The notes below the pieces were generated by a model that ran no database searches, was not told the origin of the DNA, and saw only the letters and a program-made list of their open reading frames with translations. Positions 20,228 through 30,222 of a stretch of 64,000 nt of DNA are shown here, piece by piece. The position numbers were made by a program, and so were the translations under genes. The stretch comes from an uncultured Bacteroidales bacterium. GTDB taxonomy: Bacteria > Bacteroidota > Bacteroidia > Bacteroidales > S143-33. Position 1 is the stretch's first letter. The number at the start of each line of letters is the position of its first letter. Location: contig CAZYSM010000008.1 in NCBI GenBank assembly GCA_964649975.1, positions 3,094 through 67,093 of the forward strand. The letters are read 5' to 3'.

Positions 20228-22306
20228 TTATTTTTCAATTCTTATCCTGGCATCTACTGCCAGAATGCGGCTGCCATCGGCCAGAAGCGGATTAATATCC
20301 ATCTCTGCAATTTCCGGGGCATTATGTACCAGCACACTAACGCGGCTGATTATATCTGCAAAGACTTTCTTATCAACAGGTTTGGTTCCACGGGCTCCTT
20401 CCAGCATCTTAACACCTTTGAGGGAATTTATCATAAAAAGCGCCTCCTCCCCGGAAACTGGTGCCAGGGCTGAATTGACATCCTTCAATACTTCAATGAA
20501 TATTCCTCCCAGCCCTGCCAGGACTATGTGTCCGAACTTGTCCTCTTTCTTGGCACCAACGAATAGCTCCACACCTTTTGCCATAGGCTGTATCAGTACA
20601 CCTGTGGCATCCGGAATATTCATCAACCGGTCAAAAGCTTGCTTGACTTTTTCATCGCTGTCCACACCAAGGATTACTCCGCCCACATCGGACTTGTGCA
20701 CAGGTCCAATAACCTTCATCACCAACGGATAAGAAAAACGTCTGGCAATTTCCAGAGCTTTAGCCTGAGAATCAGCCACTGCCTCTGGCACACGTGGAAT
20801 TCCGACAGCATCAAGTAGGTCAGCCACTTTTTCCGGTGGAAGATAGCCATTGTCAGCCTCGTCAATAACATTACGGATAAGATGACAATCCATCTCGCCA
20901 GGGAAATCAACATCCAGATCAAAAGGCTTGGGTGTTTTCCACACTTTCACAAGTGCTTTTCCGAAGAGCACTTCGTCGTGGAAGCTCTGATGTCCGTAGC
21001 TCTGGAAATGTTTTATTTCCTCTCCTGCCTCGCTCACCGAAGGCATTATGGGATAAATGGGCTTTTGATTTTTCTCAATATGCTTGTGTATGACATCATA
21101 TACATCAAAGACCTTGAACAACCCGGGTGTGCCAAATATAACAGCCACGGCATCAATATTCTCACAACGTTTCTCGCAGGTTTCCAGGATGTAGTCCAGC
21201 TGCTGGGCAGTACCTGTAGCAAGGAAGTCAATAGGATTTGCGGCAGAGGAACCCGGGAAGAGATGTTCCAGCAAGTCCTTTTGTATTTCCTTGTCAATCG
21301 GTGGTACTTGCATTCCGCCGTTTGACAGGGCATCGGTGAGCATCACGCCAGGTCCGCCAGCGTGAGTAACAACAGCAATACGATTACCTTTAAGCTGCTT
21401 TTGTTGGAAAATAGCAGCCACAGTTGCCAGTTCCTCGCGTCCTTCGCAACGGACAATGCCAGCTTTGCGGAAGAGCGCACTCACAGCCTCATCCGAGCTG
21501 GCCAGAGCTCCGGTGTGAGATGAAGCAGCCCGGCTGCCAGCCTCGGAACTACCGGCCTTTATAGCAGCTATACGGCATCCTTTACGGATTAAGGAAGAAG
21601 TATGTTTGAGGAATTTCTTTGGCTTTTCAATCTTTTCAATGTACAAAAGCTTAACCTTAGGGTCTTTTTCTGGGTCAAAATTCTCGTCCATATATTCCAG
21701 AATATCCTCCACACCGATTTGTGCGCTATTCCCTACAGACCAGATACTATTAAAAGTCAAACCCTTTGGTAGAGCCGATTCCATAATAAAAACTGCAGTG
21801 GCTCCGGAACCAGAAATCATATCTATACCATTGGGATCCAGCTTGGGGACAGGTGTTGTGAAAACTCCGGCATAATTTGTATTAAGCACACCAATGCAGT
21901 TAGGGCCGATGAGTGAAGCCCCGTATTTTTCTGCTATCTCGGTCATACGCCGCTCCAGACGGGCGCCCTCCTCGCTCTCCTCGCTGAACCCAGCAGAATA
22001 AACAATAAAAGCCTTTGTGCCTTTGTCTTTGGCCAGTATCTCCATTGTGTCAGGACAAAAAGCAGCCGGAATGGCCAGAATAGCCAGATCCACCTGGGGT
22101 AAATCGTGAGGATCGCGGAATGATTTTATTCCCTGAACCTCATCTGCTTTAGGATTGACTACGTATAAATCTCCCTGGAAATTGTGATCAATAAGATTTT
22201 TCAATGCCTTTCCTCCGGGCTTACGCAAATCATTTGACCCACCCACAACAACAATGCTGCGGGGATTTAATAACTCCTTTGTTATCATCACATTAATGAT
22301 TTTCAA
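20228..22306 (-). CDS. acetate--CoA ligase (ADP-forming) family / NDP-forming acyl-CoA synthetase, fused alpha-beta
   Basis: 692 aa. CoA-binding N-terminus LLNPRSIVVVGGSNDLRKPGGKALKNL, a succinyl-CoA-ligase-like middle, and a C-terminal ATP-grasp (YPLVMKVIGPVHKSDVGGV). Confidence 0.85.
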   Translation of the reverse strand: MKIINVMITKELLNPRSIVVVGGSNDLRKPGGKALKNLIDHNFQGDLYVVNPKADEVQGIKSFRDPHDLPQVDLAILAIPAAFCPDTMEILAKDKGTKAFIVYSAGFSEESEEGARLERRMTEIAEKYGASLIGPNCIGVLNTNYAGVFTTPVPKLDPNGIDMISGSGATAVFIMESALPKGLTFNSIWSVGNSAQIGVEDILEYMDENFDPEKDPKVKLLYIEKIEKPKKFLKHTSSLIRKGCRIAAIKAGSSEAGSRAASSHTGALASSDEAVSALFRKAGIVRCEGREELATVAAIFQQKQLKGNRIAVVTHAGGPGVMLTDALSNGGMQVPPIDKEIQKDLLEHLFPGSSAANPIDFLATGTAQQLDYILETCEKRCENIDAVAVIFGTPGLFKVFDVYDVIHKHIEKNQKPIYPIMPSVSEAGEEIKHFQSYGHQSFHDEVLFGKALVKVWKTPKPFDLDVDFPGEMDCHLIRNVIDEADNGYLPPEKVADLLDAVGIPRVPEAVADSQAKALEIARRFSYPLVMKVIGPVHKSDVGGVILGVDSDEKVKQAFDRLMNIPDATGVLIQPMAKGVELFVGAKKEDKFGHIVLAGLGGIFIEVLKDVNSALAPVSGEEALFMINSLKGVKMLEGARGTKPVDKKVFADIISRVSVLVHNAPEIAEMDINPLLADGSRILAVDARIRIEK

Positions 22307-22353
22307 TTTATCTGCAATAAAATAATTTTTCCCTTACAAGAAAAAAATTTTAA

Positions 22354-22764
22354 TCATTCTTTGACATCATATTCATACTTCATCACCCCTGGCATAGCAG
22401 ATTTATCCCTGAAAATCAAATACAAACGTTCATAATGCAAGCCTTTTTCATAAAAAACCTTGTAGGTAAGAACAATTATCAAATTTTTATTCAAATCTTT
22501 AAACAATTCCACCTTAACAGGATTGATTTTATTAATAGCTCCGCGCTTGACCTGCAGGCTATCAATAACTTTTTCCCATTGAGAGAGAGGCACATTTTTC
22601 TTTACCGAATCATCAATAACTTTCTCCATAAGAAAATAATTGCGATGCATAAGGGCAGAATAAAATTCCTGTGCCACAGCCTCAGCCTTAGGAACATTAC
22701 TATTACAAGCAGACAAAAACAAAATCACTATAAAAACAAATCCCGGAAGAAATTTTACTTTCAT
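22354..22764 (-). CDS. hypothetical lipoprotein
   Basis: The track ORF extends to 22887 and would overlap the divergent gene start. The internal Met at 22764 gives lipobox signal MKVKFLPGFVFIVILFLSAC. Confidence 0.6.
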   Translation of the reverse strand: MKVKFLPGFVFIVILFLSACNSNVPKAEAVAQEFYSALMHRNYFLMEKVIDDSVKKNVPLSQWEKVIDSLQVKRGAINKINPVKVELFKDLNKNLIIVLTYKVFYEKGLHYERLYLIFRDKSAMPGVMKYEYDVKE

Positions 22765-22857
22765 AAGTCTGTGCTTTGTTTTAGGCAAAATATAGGAATA
22801 TTTTCTGAGATTAAAACTTTTTTGCAAATTTGGTTGAGAAATTAAAAATCTAAACAA

Positions 22858-24045
22858 ATGAATATCATACTTTTTGATACTGAACAAACCTGGAAAAACC
22901 TTTTGCCACTGACATACACCCGTCCAATATCAGAACTAAGGATAGGGATATTACGTATTTCCGAAAAATGGCAGAAATATCTTGACGGAAGCATCAGCTA
23001 TTTCACACAGAAATATCTACAGGGAAAATATCCTTTTAGTGCCGAAGAAGAAAACATTTTGATTAATTCAAGCCTGCTGCCAGACAAATATCTGAGCGAG
23101 ACGATAAAAAATCTCCCACTGAATTCCATACTGAAAAAAGATAATATCATACTGGCAGCTCATACTGATAAGGACGGCGTGGATAGAGTTATCTGCAATC
23201 CTGAAAAATTCAATGCCATAGAATATAATCAGGAAATTTCTATGATTAACTACTTGTGGGACATTTTCTTGATTAATGGACAGGAAATAGAAAAAGACTT
23301 TAAACTTATAACAGCTGGACGCCAATCTGCTTCCTTGAGTGATAGTAATAAGATTTTCCAGCCCGAGAGGATATTCGTAGAACCAGGGGCCAAAGCCGAA
23401 GCTGCAATCATTAATCCAGCAGGTGGTTATATTTACATAGGCAAGGATGCAGAAATAATGGAAGGGGCTATAATCCGCGGCAGTCTGGCAATGTGTGAAC
23501 ATTCCGTAATAAAAATGGGTGCAAAAATTTATGGTCCCACCACACTTGGGCCTTATTCCAAAGTGGGCGGCGAGGTAAACAACAGTGTAATAATAGGTTA
23601 CAGCAACAAAGCCCACGATGGCTTCCTTGGCAATTCGGTACTGGGCGAATGGTGCAATATCGGTGCCGACAGCAATAACTCCAACCTGAAAAACAATTAT
23701 GCCCAGGTGAAGCTATGGAATTATGATGAAGAAAAATTCGTTTCCACAGGACAACAATTCTGCGGTTTGTTTATGGGAGACCATTCCAAGTGCGGAATAA
23801 ATACAATGTTCAATACCGGCACAGTTGTAGGTGTTAGCTGTAATATTTTCGGTGCAGGATTTCCGCGCAAATTTATTCCGAGTTTTTCGTGGGGAGGTCC
23901 TCACGGATATGAAGAATATCGTTTTGACAAAGCAATGGACACAGCGCGCCGGGTGATGGCCAGACGTAAAAAGGAACTAACAGATAAGGATATTGCAATA
24001 CTGAAACAAGTATTTGAACTGAGTAAAAAATACAGGAATTTTTAA
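22858..24045 (+). CDS. GlmU-family putative sugar-phosphate nucleotidyltransferase with left-handed beta-helix (hexapeptide) domain
   Basis: 395 aa. N-terminus MNIILFDTEQTWKNLLPLTYTRPISELRIGILRI. Hexapeptide-like repeats in GAIIRGSLAMCEHSVIKMGAKIYGPTTLGPYSKVGGEVNNSVIIGYSNKAHDGFLGNSVLGEWCNIGA. Confidence 0.7.
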   Translation: MNIILFDTEQTWKNLLPLTYTRPISELRIGILRISEKWQKYLDGSISYFTQKYLQGKYPFSAEEENILINSSLLPDKYLSETIKNLPLNSILKKDNIILAAHTDKDGVDRVICNPEKFNAIEYNQEISMINYLWDIFLINGQEIEKDFKLITAGRQSASLSDSNKIFQPERIFVEPGAKAEAAIINPAGGYIYIGKDAEIMEGAIIRGSLAMCEHSVIKMGAKIYGPTTLGPYSKVGGEVNNSVIIGYSNKAHDGFLGNSVLGEWCNIGADSNNSNLKNNYAQVKLWNYDEEKFVSTGQQFCGLFMGDHSKCGINTMFNTGTVVGVSCNIFGAGFPRKFIPSFSWGGPHGYEEYRFDKAMDTARRVMARRKKELTDKDIAILKQVFELSKKYRNF

Positions 24046-24099
24046 TTATACCACAACATTTTAATAATTTTGTAAAACACTGTTAACACGCTAATAATT

Positions 24100-26538
24100 A
24101 TGGCCAAAAGAAAATCCAGACGAAAAAAGAAAAGCAAGACAAGTTTTTTAACAGATAAAAGATTTCATTTTGCCCTTGGGCTTCTTATGCTGGGTATAGC
24201 TGTTTTTACCTTTATGGCTTTTATATCTTACCTGTTCACCTGGCAAACTGACTTTAACAAAGGCAATCTGAGTTTTTTTGAGTTTTTCAGTCCAGGCGTG
24301 GAAGTAGGCAACAAACTGGGTAAACTGGGAGCTGCAGTAGCAGTTACCTTTATGCATAAGTGGCTGGGGCTGGGTTCCTTCGGGCTGGTAGTGATTATCG
24401 CATTAATAGGCCTACGACTGATGAATATTAAAATAAAGAGATATAAGGCCATTATCCTGCATACCATAGTTTTATCCTTATTAATTTCGGCAACATTGTC
24501 CCTTTTCTCAGGTCCAGGTGCTTTTCCTCTGGGCGGATTTTACGGAGAGCTGGGCATAGAATACATCAAAAGCTATATAGGTGGCGTAGGCACGGTGATG
24601 CTTGTCCTGCTACTTATTTTCCTGTATCTGACATTCGCTTTTGAAAATTTCCTTACCTGGACAGGCAAAAAAATTAAGGATATTTCGGACCCGGAAAAAA
24701 TTAAAAATTTAACAGAAAAAATTACTTCTGCCACACCTAAAATCAAAATTAAAAAACAGGATAAACAGATTACCGAAACACCTGTTGAAAAATTTGAAAT
24801 TGATGATGAGGAAAAAGATTCAGAAATAATAGAAGATGAGCAGGAACTTAATCCGTTTTCAAAAATCACCGAAGCAGTTGATAATCCTGATAATTTCATT
24901 CAGGATAATGACGGAGTAAAATTTGAAGTAGATTTATCTGGAGTAAATGATCAAGCTTCCAAATCCGGCATTAATATGGAAGTAGCACGTGCCGATGATG
25001 TGCAGGTGGAGGCAGTAAAACAGGATTTTGACCCGACCCGGAGCCTGCCCGGATATGAATTTCCTCCCATTGACCTGCTAAACGATTATGTCAAAGATAT
25101 TGACAAAGATCGCCTTATAGCCGAACTGAAAGAAAAAAAACAAAAAATTATCCAGGTACTTAAAAATTTCAAAATAGAAATCACAAAAATCAATGCCCAG
25201 GTAGGTCCTACGGTAACTTTATACGAAATAGTGCCTGCTCCGGGCATACCTATCTCCAAAATCAAACGTCTGGAAGAAGACATTGCTATGAATCTGGCAG
25301 CACTGGGCATCCGTATAATAGCGCCAATGCCGGGCCGCGGAACAATTGGAATAGAAGTACCAAACGAAAATCCGACTATTGTCTCACTCAAAGAAATGCT
25401 GCTTTCGCCGGAATATCAAAACAAAAAGATGGAATTACCCATTGCTCTGGGCCGGGATACCGTCAATCAGCCTTTTGTCTTTGACCTGACCAAAGCTCCG
25501 CACGTATTGATGGCAGGTAGCACAGGGGAAGGAAAATCCGTAGCTATAAATGTGATAATCAACTCAATACTGTTCAAAAAACATCCGGCATTGGTCAAAT
25601 TCGTTATGATAGACCCAAAACAGGTGGAACTTTCACTCTACTCCCGTCTGGAATACCACTATCTGGCCAAGCTGCCTGACTCGGCAGAGCCTATAGTTAC
25701 TGACGTTAAAGAAGCAGGTAAGGTACTCAAATCCTTGATAACCGAGATGGAAGACCGCTACCGCCTGCTCAAACTGGCACAGGTGCGTGACATCAAGGAA
25801 TACAACCAGAAATACATCAAACGCCGACTCTCTGATAACGACGGACACCGTTTTATGCCATACATAGTGACAGTGATAGATGAGTTCGCTGACCTGGTAA
25901 TGGTAGGCGGCAAGGAAATTGAATATTCCATTACGCGTTTATCACAGAAAGCCCGTGCCATTGGCATTCATCTGGTTATAGCTACACAGCGCCCTTCCAC
26001 GGATGTGGTCACTGGCCTGATAAAAAACAATTTCCCTACGCGTATTGCGCTTAAAGTAATGTCTGTGGGCGACTCCAAGACAATCATTGACACCACGGGC
26101 GCTAACCAGCTCATTGGCAAAGGCGATATGCTATACCTCTACGGAAGTCATCTAAAACGCTTGCAATGTGCTTTTATTAGCACCGAGGAAGTGGATCGTG
26201 TGACAAAATTCATTGCAGCACAGCAGGGTTATCCTTATCCGTTTGAGCTGCCCGAACCAATGGAAGAAGAAGCAGAAGGACAGGAAAAAACTTTTGAAGT
26301 AAAAAAACTGGACAAGCTCTTTGCCGAAGCAGCCCGTCTGGTAGTATCCAGCCAGTATGCTTCAATTTCCTTACTTCAGCGGAAACTGGAAGTGGGGTTC
26401 AACCGTGCCGCCCGCATTATTGACCAGCTGGAAGCTGCTGGTATTGTTGGCCCCGGACAGGGCAGCAAAGCCCGTGATGTACTGGTACACGATATGGACG
26501 AGCTGGAACACCTGCTACGGGAATGGAACGTTAGATAA
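24100..26538 (+). CDS. ftsK: DNA translocase FtsK (FtsK/SpoIIIE)
   Basis: 812 aa. N-terminal TM segments and an acidic linker. Walker A GSTGEGKS, Walker B VTVIDEFADL, and gamma-domain SISLLQRKLEVGFNRAARIIDQLEAAGIVGP. Confidence 0.95.
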   Translation: MAKRKSRRKKKSKTSFLTDKRFHFALGLLMLGIAVFTFMAFISYLFTWQTDFNKGNLSFFEFFSPGVEVGNKLGKLGAAVAVTFMHKWLGLGSFGLVVIIALIGLRLMNIKIKRYKAIILHTIVLSLLISATLSLFSGPGAFPLGGFYGELGIEYIKSYIGGVGTVMLVLLLIFLYLTFAFENFLTWTGKKIKDISDPEKIKNLTEKITSATPKIKIKKQDKQITETPVEKFEIDDEEKDSEIIEDEQELNPFSKITEAVDNPDNFIQDNDGVKFEVDLSGVNDQASKSGINMEVARADDVQVEAVKQDFDPTRSLPGYEFPPIDLLNDYVKDIDKDRLIAELKEKKQKIIQVLKNFKIEITKINAQVGPTVTLYEIVPAPGIPISKIKRLEEDIAMNLAALGIRIIAPMPGRGTIGIEVPNENPTIVSLKEMLLSPEYQNKKMELPIALGRDTVNQPFVFDLTKAPHVLMAGSTGEGKSVAINVIINSILFKKHPALVKFVMIDPKQVELSLYSRLEYHYLAKLPDSAEPIVTDVKEAGKVLKSLITEMEDRYRLLKLAQVRDIKEYNQKYIKRRLSDNDGHRFMPYIVTVIDEFADLVMVGGKEIEYSITRLSQKARAIGIHLVIATQRPSTDVVTGLIKNNFPTRIALKVMSVGDSKTIIDTTGANQLIGKGDMLYLYGSHLKRLQCAFISTEEVDRVTKFIAAQQGYPYPFELPEPMEEEAEGQEKTFEVKKLDKLFAEAARLVVSSQYASISLLQRKLEVGFNRAARIIDQLEAAGIVGPGQGSKARDVLVHDMDELEHLLREWNVR

Positions 26539-26767
26539 AATCCTGGCATAATAAAAAGCCTAAGCACCTGCAGAACAAGCAAGTTTTTTCATACTTTAAT
26601 AGACAAAAAAAGAAGATACCCCAAAGTCAAAAATAAAACCAATATCAACAGAACACTCCGATTTCCAGTGCCTTTTTTGAAATATTATTCAAAATTTTAC
26701 TTCCCAAAATATCCTATCCTTACAAACAGAAAGAGATTTTTTTGACGCAGATTTTTTCACATTTTAT

Positions 26768-26796
26768 AAAAAAAGAGGCTGCCCATAAGGACAGCC
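26768..26796 (-). terminator. intrinsic terminator after the T9SS cargo gene
   Basis: Minus strand reads GGCTGTCCttatGGGCAGCC (8 bp including one G-U) followed by TCTTTTTTT. The stem is weaker on the plus strand (C-A mismatch). Confidence 0.75.
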
Positions 26797-26824
26797 CCTT
26801 TATTTCCAATAGCTGTATAAACCG

Positions 26825-28210
26825 CTATCTCTTAAGAATTTTCTGTGTACTAACGCCTTTGCTAGTATATATGCGGAGCATGTAAACACCAGGCTGCAGG
26901 TCAGCTACATCCAGACGCGCGGTATTAGTACCGAGGTTCATAGCTTTAACCTGCTGACCAACAGTATTGTAAATTTCTACTTTGTTAATATTCTGGTCAG
27001 CTGCAATAACCAATGAACGATTTACCGGATTAGGATATACTGTAAGGTTAACACCAGAAACCTCATTAACGGCAGAAACATAATCACCTTTAACCAGTAC
27101 ACTGTCAATAGCCCATACGCCACCAGCCTGGTTATTAGAAACATACTTAAATGCGATATAGAATGTTGTATCAGAATAGTTACTCAAATCTATTGTACTA
27201 GTAGCCCACTCGTAATCACCTGTGCTCTGGTCAAGCTGATCAAGGTCAGTAATTTCTGTCCATGTAGCATTCATAATATCTGTACTATCACCAGTAAAAT
27301 CAGTAGAAATCAAGACATGAAGTGGCTCAAGAACAGTATAGCGCTCACGGTTATCAAATACAAGGACAATATTATTATGTTTACGAGCATCAATCATAGG
27401 AGTAATAGCCCACTGTACTGTTGGATAATATACTCCGCTCTCATAAGAACTTGCCTGAAGCCAATAGTCACCACCATAATAGGAAATATCCCAGTTGTGA
27501 TAATGAATAACTGTATCGGTACCTGGAGGAGCTATTTCAAAGCCTGGAGAATACATTGTCCAATCAGAAACATCCTGATCCTGGAAATCGTCAAGATAGA
27601 ACTGATTACCATCTATTTTTAGCTGTACACTGTCAACATACCATCCACCAGCGTTTACAGAATCAGATACATACTTGAAAGCAAAATAAACAGAATCACC
27701 AGGATTAACAATATTGCTCAAATCAATAGTGCTGTGTCTCCAATTATAATCATTGTTAATTGTATCCAGATAGAGAGGAGTAATCTCAGTCCATGTAGCC
27801 TGATCAAACTGCAAGGTGTCTCCAGTATAGTCTGTTGAGACAAAAAGTTTTAAGCTATCAGCAGGAGTGTAACGTACACGGTTGTCAAACTCCATTGTAA
27901 TAGTAGTACCTGTAGCAGGGATACCTATTTTAGGAGTAATCGCGTACTGAACTGTGTAATGCGCACCTCCAGAATAACCGCTAGCATAAAGATAGTAATC
28001 ACCACCATAATTACTCAAATGCCATTTACGATAGAAGGTGATTGTAGAATCTACATACTGCTCATAAGTCGTATCATACATAGTAGTATAGATACCCCAG
28101 CCATCAGCGTTCTGGTCCTGGAAATCGTCATAAAACAGGGTATCTACTCTTTGAGCATAAAGGCCAAGGGCAAAAATTAGTCCCACTGCCAAAAGTAAAA
28201 GTCTTTTCAT
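26825..28210 (-). CDS. secreted T9SS cargo protein with two tandem choice-of-anchor-J-like domains and a C-terminal sorting domain
   Basis: 461 aa with signal peptide MKRLLLLAVGLIFALGLYAQ. Two units of about 179 aa begin at DDFQDQ (aa 28 and 207). C-terminus is VYPNPVNRSLVIAAD...LQPGVYMLRIYTSKGVSTQKILKR (Por secretion tail). Confidence 0.75.
   Translation of the reverse strand: MKRLLLLAVGLIFALGLYAQRVDTLFYDDFQDQNADGWGIYTTMYDTTYEQYVDSTITFYRKWHLSNYGGDYYLYASGYSGGAHYTVQYAITPKIGIPATGTTITMEFDNRVRYTPADSLKLFVSTDYTGDTLQFDQATWTEITPLYLDTINNDYNWRHSTIDLSNIVNPGDSVYFAFKYVSDSVNAGGWYVDSVQLKIDGNQFYLDDFQDQDVSDWTMYSPGFEIAPPGTDTVIHYHNWDISYYGGDYWLQASSYESGVYYPTVQWAITPMIDARKHNNIVLVFDNRERYTVLEPLHVLISTDFTGDSTDIMNATWTEITDLDQLDQSTGDYEWATSTIDLSNYSDTTFYIAFKYVSNNQAGGVWAIDSVLVKGDYVSAVNEVSGVNLTVYPNPVNRSLVIAADQNINKVEIYNTVGQQVKAMNLGTNTARLDVADLQPGVYMLRIYTSKGVSTQKILKR
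27086..28141 (-). repeat. intragenic tandem duplication, 2 x 537 nt (179 codons)
   Basis: An identical 12-mer ctggaaatcgtc occurs at 27581 and 28118, exactly 537 nt apart. Protein units are colinear: WHLSNYGGDYYLYASGYS / WDISYYGGDYWLQASSYE, FVSTDYTGD / LISTDFTGD, ATWTEIT in both. Confidence 0.7.
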
Positions 28211-28225
28211 AGCTCTATAGTTTTA

Positions 28226-29617
28226 GTGTTTGATTTTAGAGTGAATACAAATTTAAAAAAAAATTATAGAAAATCAATTTTTCTTAAAGGGATTTTTATA
28301 GGCAAAAAAGAGATAGGAATTATTGTGAGAGAAAAGATTTTTTTATCTTTGATTTTAAGAAAAATTTACAGTCCCGTGAAAGAAGGAACACGAAAATTAT
28401 TTGAAAGCCTTAAATTTTGTAACTACAAACTGAGTTTTGTCCTGGACATCACCCAGAAGATTATAGATAATCATCCTATTGAAGAGATAATGATTTTGTT
28501 GTCGGATTTATTGACAAAAAAACTGCTTATCAAGCAGTTTTTATTTTATTATAAAGAAGAGGATAGCTGGCGTTTAAAATTTGCTCTGGGCGTAGATGAG
28601 AAGAAGTTCTCACAGCTTGACGTGGAAGAGGTACTTGGTGGATATAATGACATTGTAATGGTAAGGGACAGTCACAGCCCCATAGGCATCTTTGATTTTG
28701 TTATTCCTATCATGTACCGGAGCCAAGTTCAGGCATACCTGCTGGTAGGAGATCTGGAGGACACCAATATAGGAATGAGCCCGGCTGTAAAAAACTTGAG
28801 GTTTGTTCAGACCATTGCCAATGTGATTGTAATGGCAATGGAAAAACGCAAGTTAATCCTTGAGGCAATAGAGAGGGAAAGGATGAAAAAAGAGCTGGAG
28901 ACAGCCTCACGTATCCAGCGTATGCTCATCCCGGATGTGCAAAATGCCTTGCCACAAAATTCCAAATACAAAGTATTTGGCTTTTATCTACCCCACTATG
29001 AGCTGGGAGGTGATTTATATGACCTGGGATTAATCTCACGTGATGAGTTTTATTTTGCCATCGCCGATGTATCAGGAAAAGGTCTCTCGGCTGCTTTGCT
29101 AATGTCCAATTTTCAGGCAAACCTAAGAGCCCAATTCTCATCTGGAGTCCGTCTGGAAGCTATTATCCGCAACCTCAATGAGATAGTGGTGCGCAACTCG
29201 GAAGGAGGCCATTTCATAACATTATTTGTGGGAAAATACAATTTCCGCAAAAACCGCTTAATTTATGTTAATGCCGGACATCAACCCGGACTTTTGTACG
29301 ACAAAGTAACAGGTAATTTAACTGTTCTATCAGAGGGCACAGTGGGCATAGGTATGCTGGATGAAATACCTAAAATAAATTTTGGCAGGATCACCATAAA
29401 ACATCCGTCCAAGCTGCTTTTATATACCGATGGAGTATCGGAACTGGCACGCAGCCGCAATGTTGATGCAGGTATCCGCAAGTTACAAAGGCTGATAAAA
29501 AATGATCTTCCTATAGATGAAACAATAAAACGCCTCATCCGTGAATTGAAACTGAACAAGGAAAATCCACGAGTATTTGATGATATAACTTTACTTGGAT
29601 TTGACTTTAACGTCTGA
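28226..29617 (+). CDS. GAF-domain PP2C-type serine phosphatase (SpoIIE/RsbU family)
   Basis: Contains RIQRMLIP, YELGGDLYD, FAIADVSGKGLSAALLMS, NAGHQPG, LLLYTDGVSEL and VFDDITLLGFDF. The track start is a GTG only 15 nt from the divergent gene. The real start is probably downstream, for example GTG 28376, which is preceded by TATCTTTG at 28344..28351. Confidence 0.85.
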   Translation: MFDFRVNTNLKKNYRKSIFLKGIFIGKKEIGIIVREKIFLSLILRKIYSPVKEGTRKLFESLKFCNYKLSFVLDITQKIIDNHPIEEIMILLSDLLTKKLLIKQFLFYYKEEDSWRLKFALGVDEKKFSQLDVEEVLGGYNDIVMVRDSHSPIGIFDFVIPIMYRSQVQAYLLVGDLEDTNIGMSPAVKNLRFVQTIANVIVMAMEKRKLILEAIERERMKKELETASRIQRMLIPDVQNALPQNSKYKVFGFYLPHYELGGDLYDLGLISRDEFYFAIADVSGKGLSAALLMSNFQANLRAQFSSGVRLEAIIRNLNEIVVRNSEGGHFITLFVGKYNFRKNRLIYVNAGHQPGLLYDKVTGNLTVLSEGTVGIGMLDEIPKINFGRITIKHPSKLLLYTDGVSELARSRNVDAGIRKLQRLIKNDLPIDETIKRLIRELKLNKENPRVFDDITLLGFDFNV

Positions 29618-30214
29618 GACTTTTTCGGTAGAACCCGCATACAAATCCGACGGAACAATTATTTTCGGCGTCTGCCATTTACCCAGCCAACGGCCACGCG
29701 GAATAATCCTTCCGCTTTCATCCAGAAAATTAAGATCTAGGTCTTTTTTTATCTTCCATGCTTTTCCTTCAAGGATAAGTTTCTTTATCTCCTGGACAAG
29801 ATCTTCAAATCTTATATCAGGGAAACGCAGACCAATTTCTATTCCTATTTCATTATTCATCAGATCCATCATCATACTGGCAGCATCAGGCAGATAATAT
29901 TCTTCCAGCTTTCCCTTTTTGTATTCCCACTTATTACCTCTTTCGTAGGCACGACCCAGTGACCGCGCCACATTAGCCCCGTAACGCTTTGTAATCAAAG
30001 CCATCCATAAGATATGACGTAAAGCGTCTATCTGGCCTCCTGCATAGTCAGCATCCAGATCAGGGTCTTCAATAAGGCGGTTAGCTGTCTCCCTGGCTTT
30101 TTCTGAGAGTTTCCACACGCCCCATATTTTATCTATATGGGTAATAGCCCACCAAATCTCGTATATATTCAAATCTTTGAAAGTCTTGAAAGCATCACGA
30201 ATAGGAAATCCCAT
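29591..30214 (-). CDS. hypothetical cytoplasmic protein, last gene of the receptor-phosphatase operon (possibly DUF6973-like)
   Basis: 207 aa with no signal peptide. Motifs GGQIDALRHILWMALITKRYG and MMDLMNNEIGIEIG. It lies 8 nt downstream of the preceding gene. The family guess is from memory only. Confidence 0.5.
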   Translation of the reverse strand: MGFPIRDAFKTFKDLNIYEIWWAITHIDKIWGVWKLSEKARETANRLIEDPDLDADYAGGQIDALRHILWMALITKRYGANVARSLGRAYERGNKWEYKKGKLEEYYLPDAASMMMDLMNNEIGIEIGLRFPDIRFEDLVQEIKKLILEGKAWKIKKDLDLNFLDESGRIIPRGRWLGKWQTPKIIVPSDLYAGSTEKVSDVKVKSK

Positions 30215-30222
30215 AATTCCAA

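Noticed and set aside
26539-26824. 286-nt spacer after ftsK as a possible sRNA or gene remnant
   Set aside because: I found no convincing stem-loops beyond the cargo-gene terminator, no promoter-like TTTG/TAnnTTTG pair, no repeats and no ORF fragments. There is not enough evidence to call anything.
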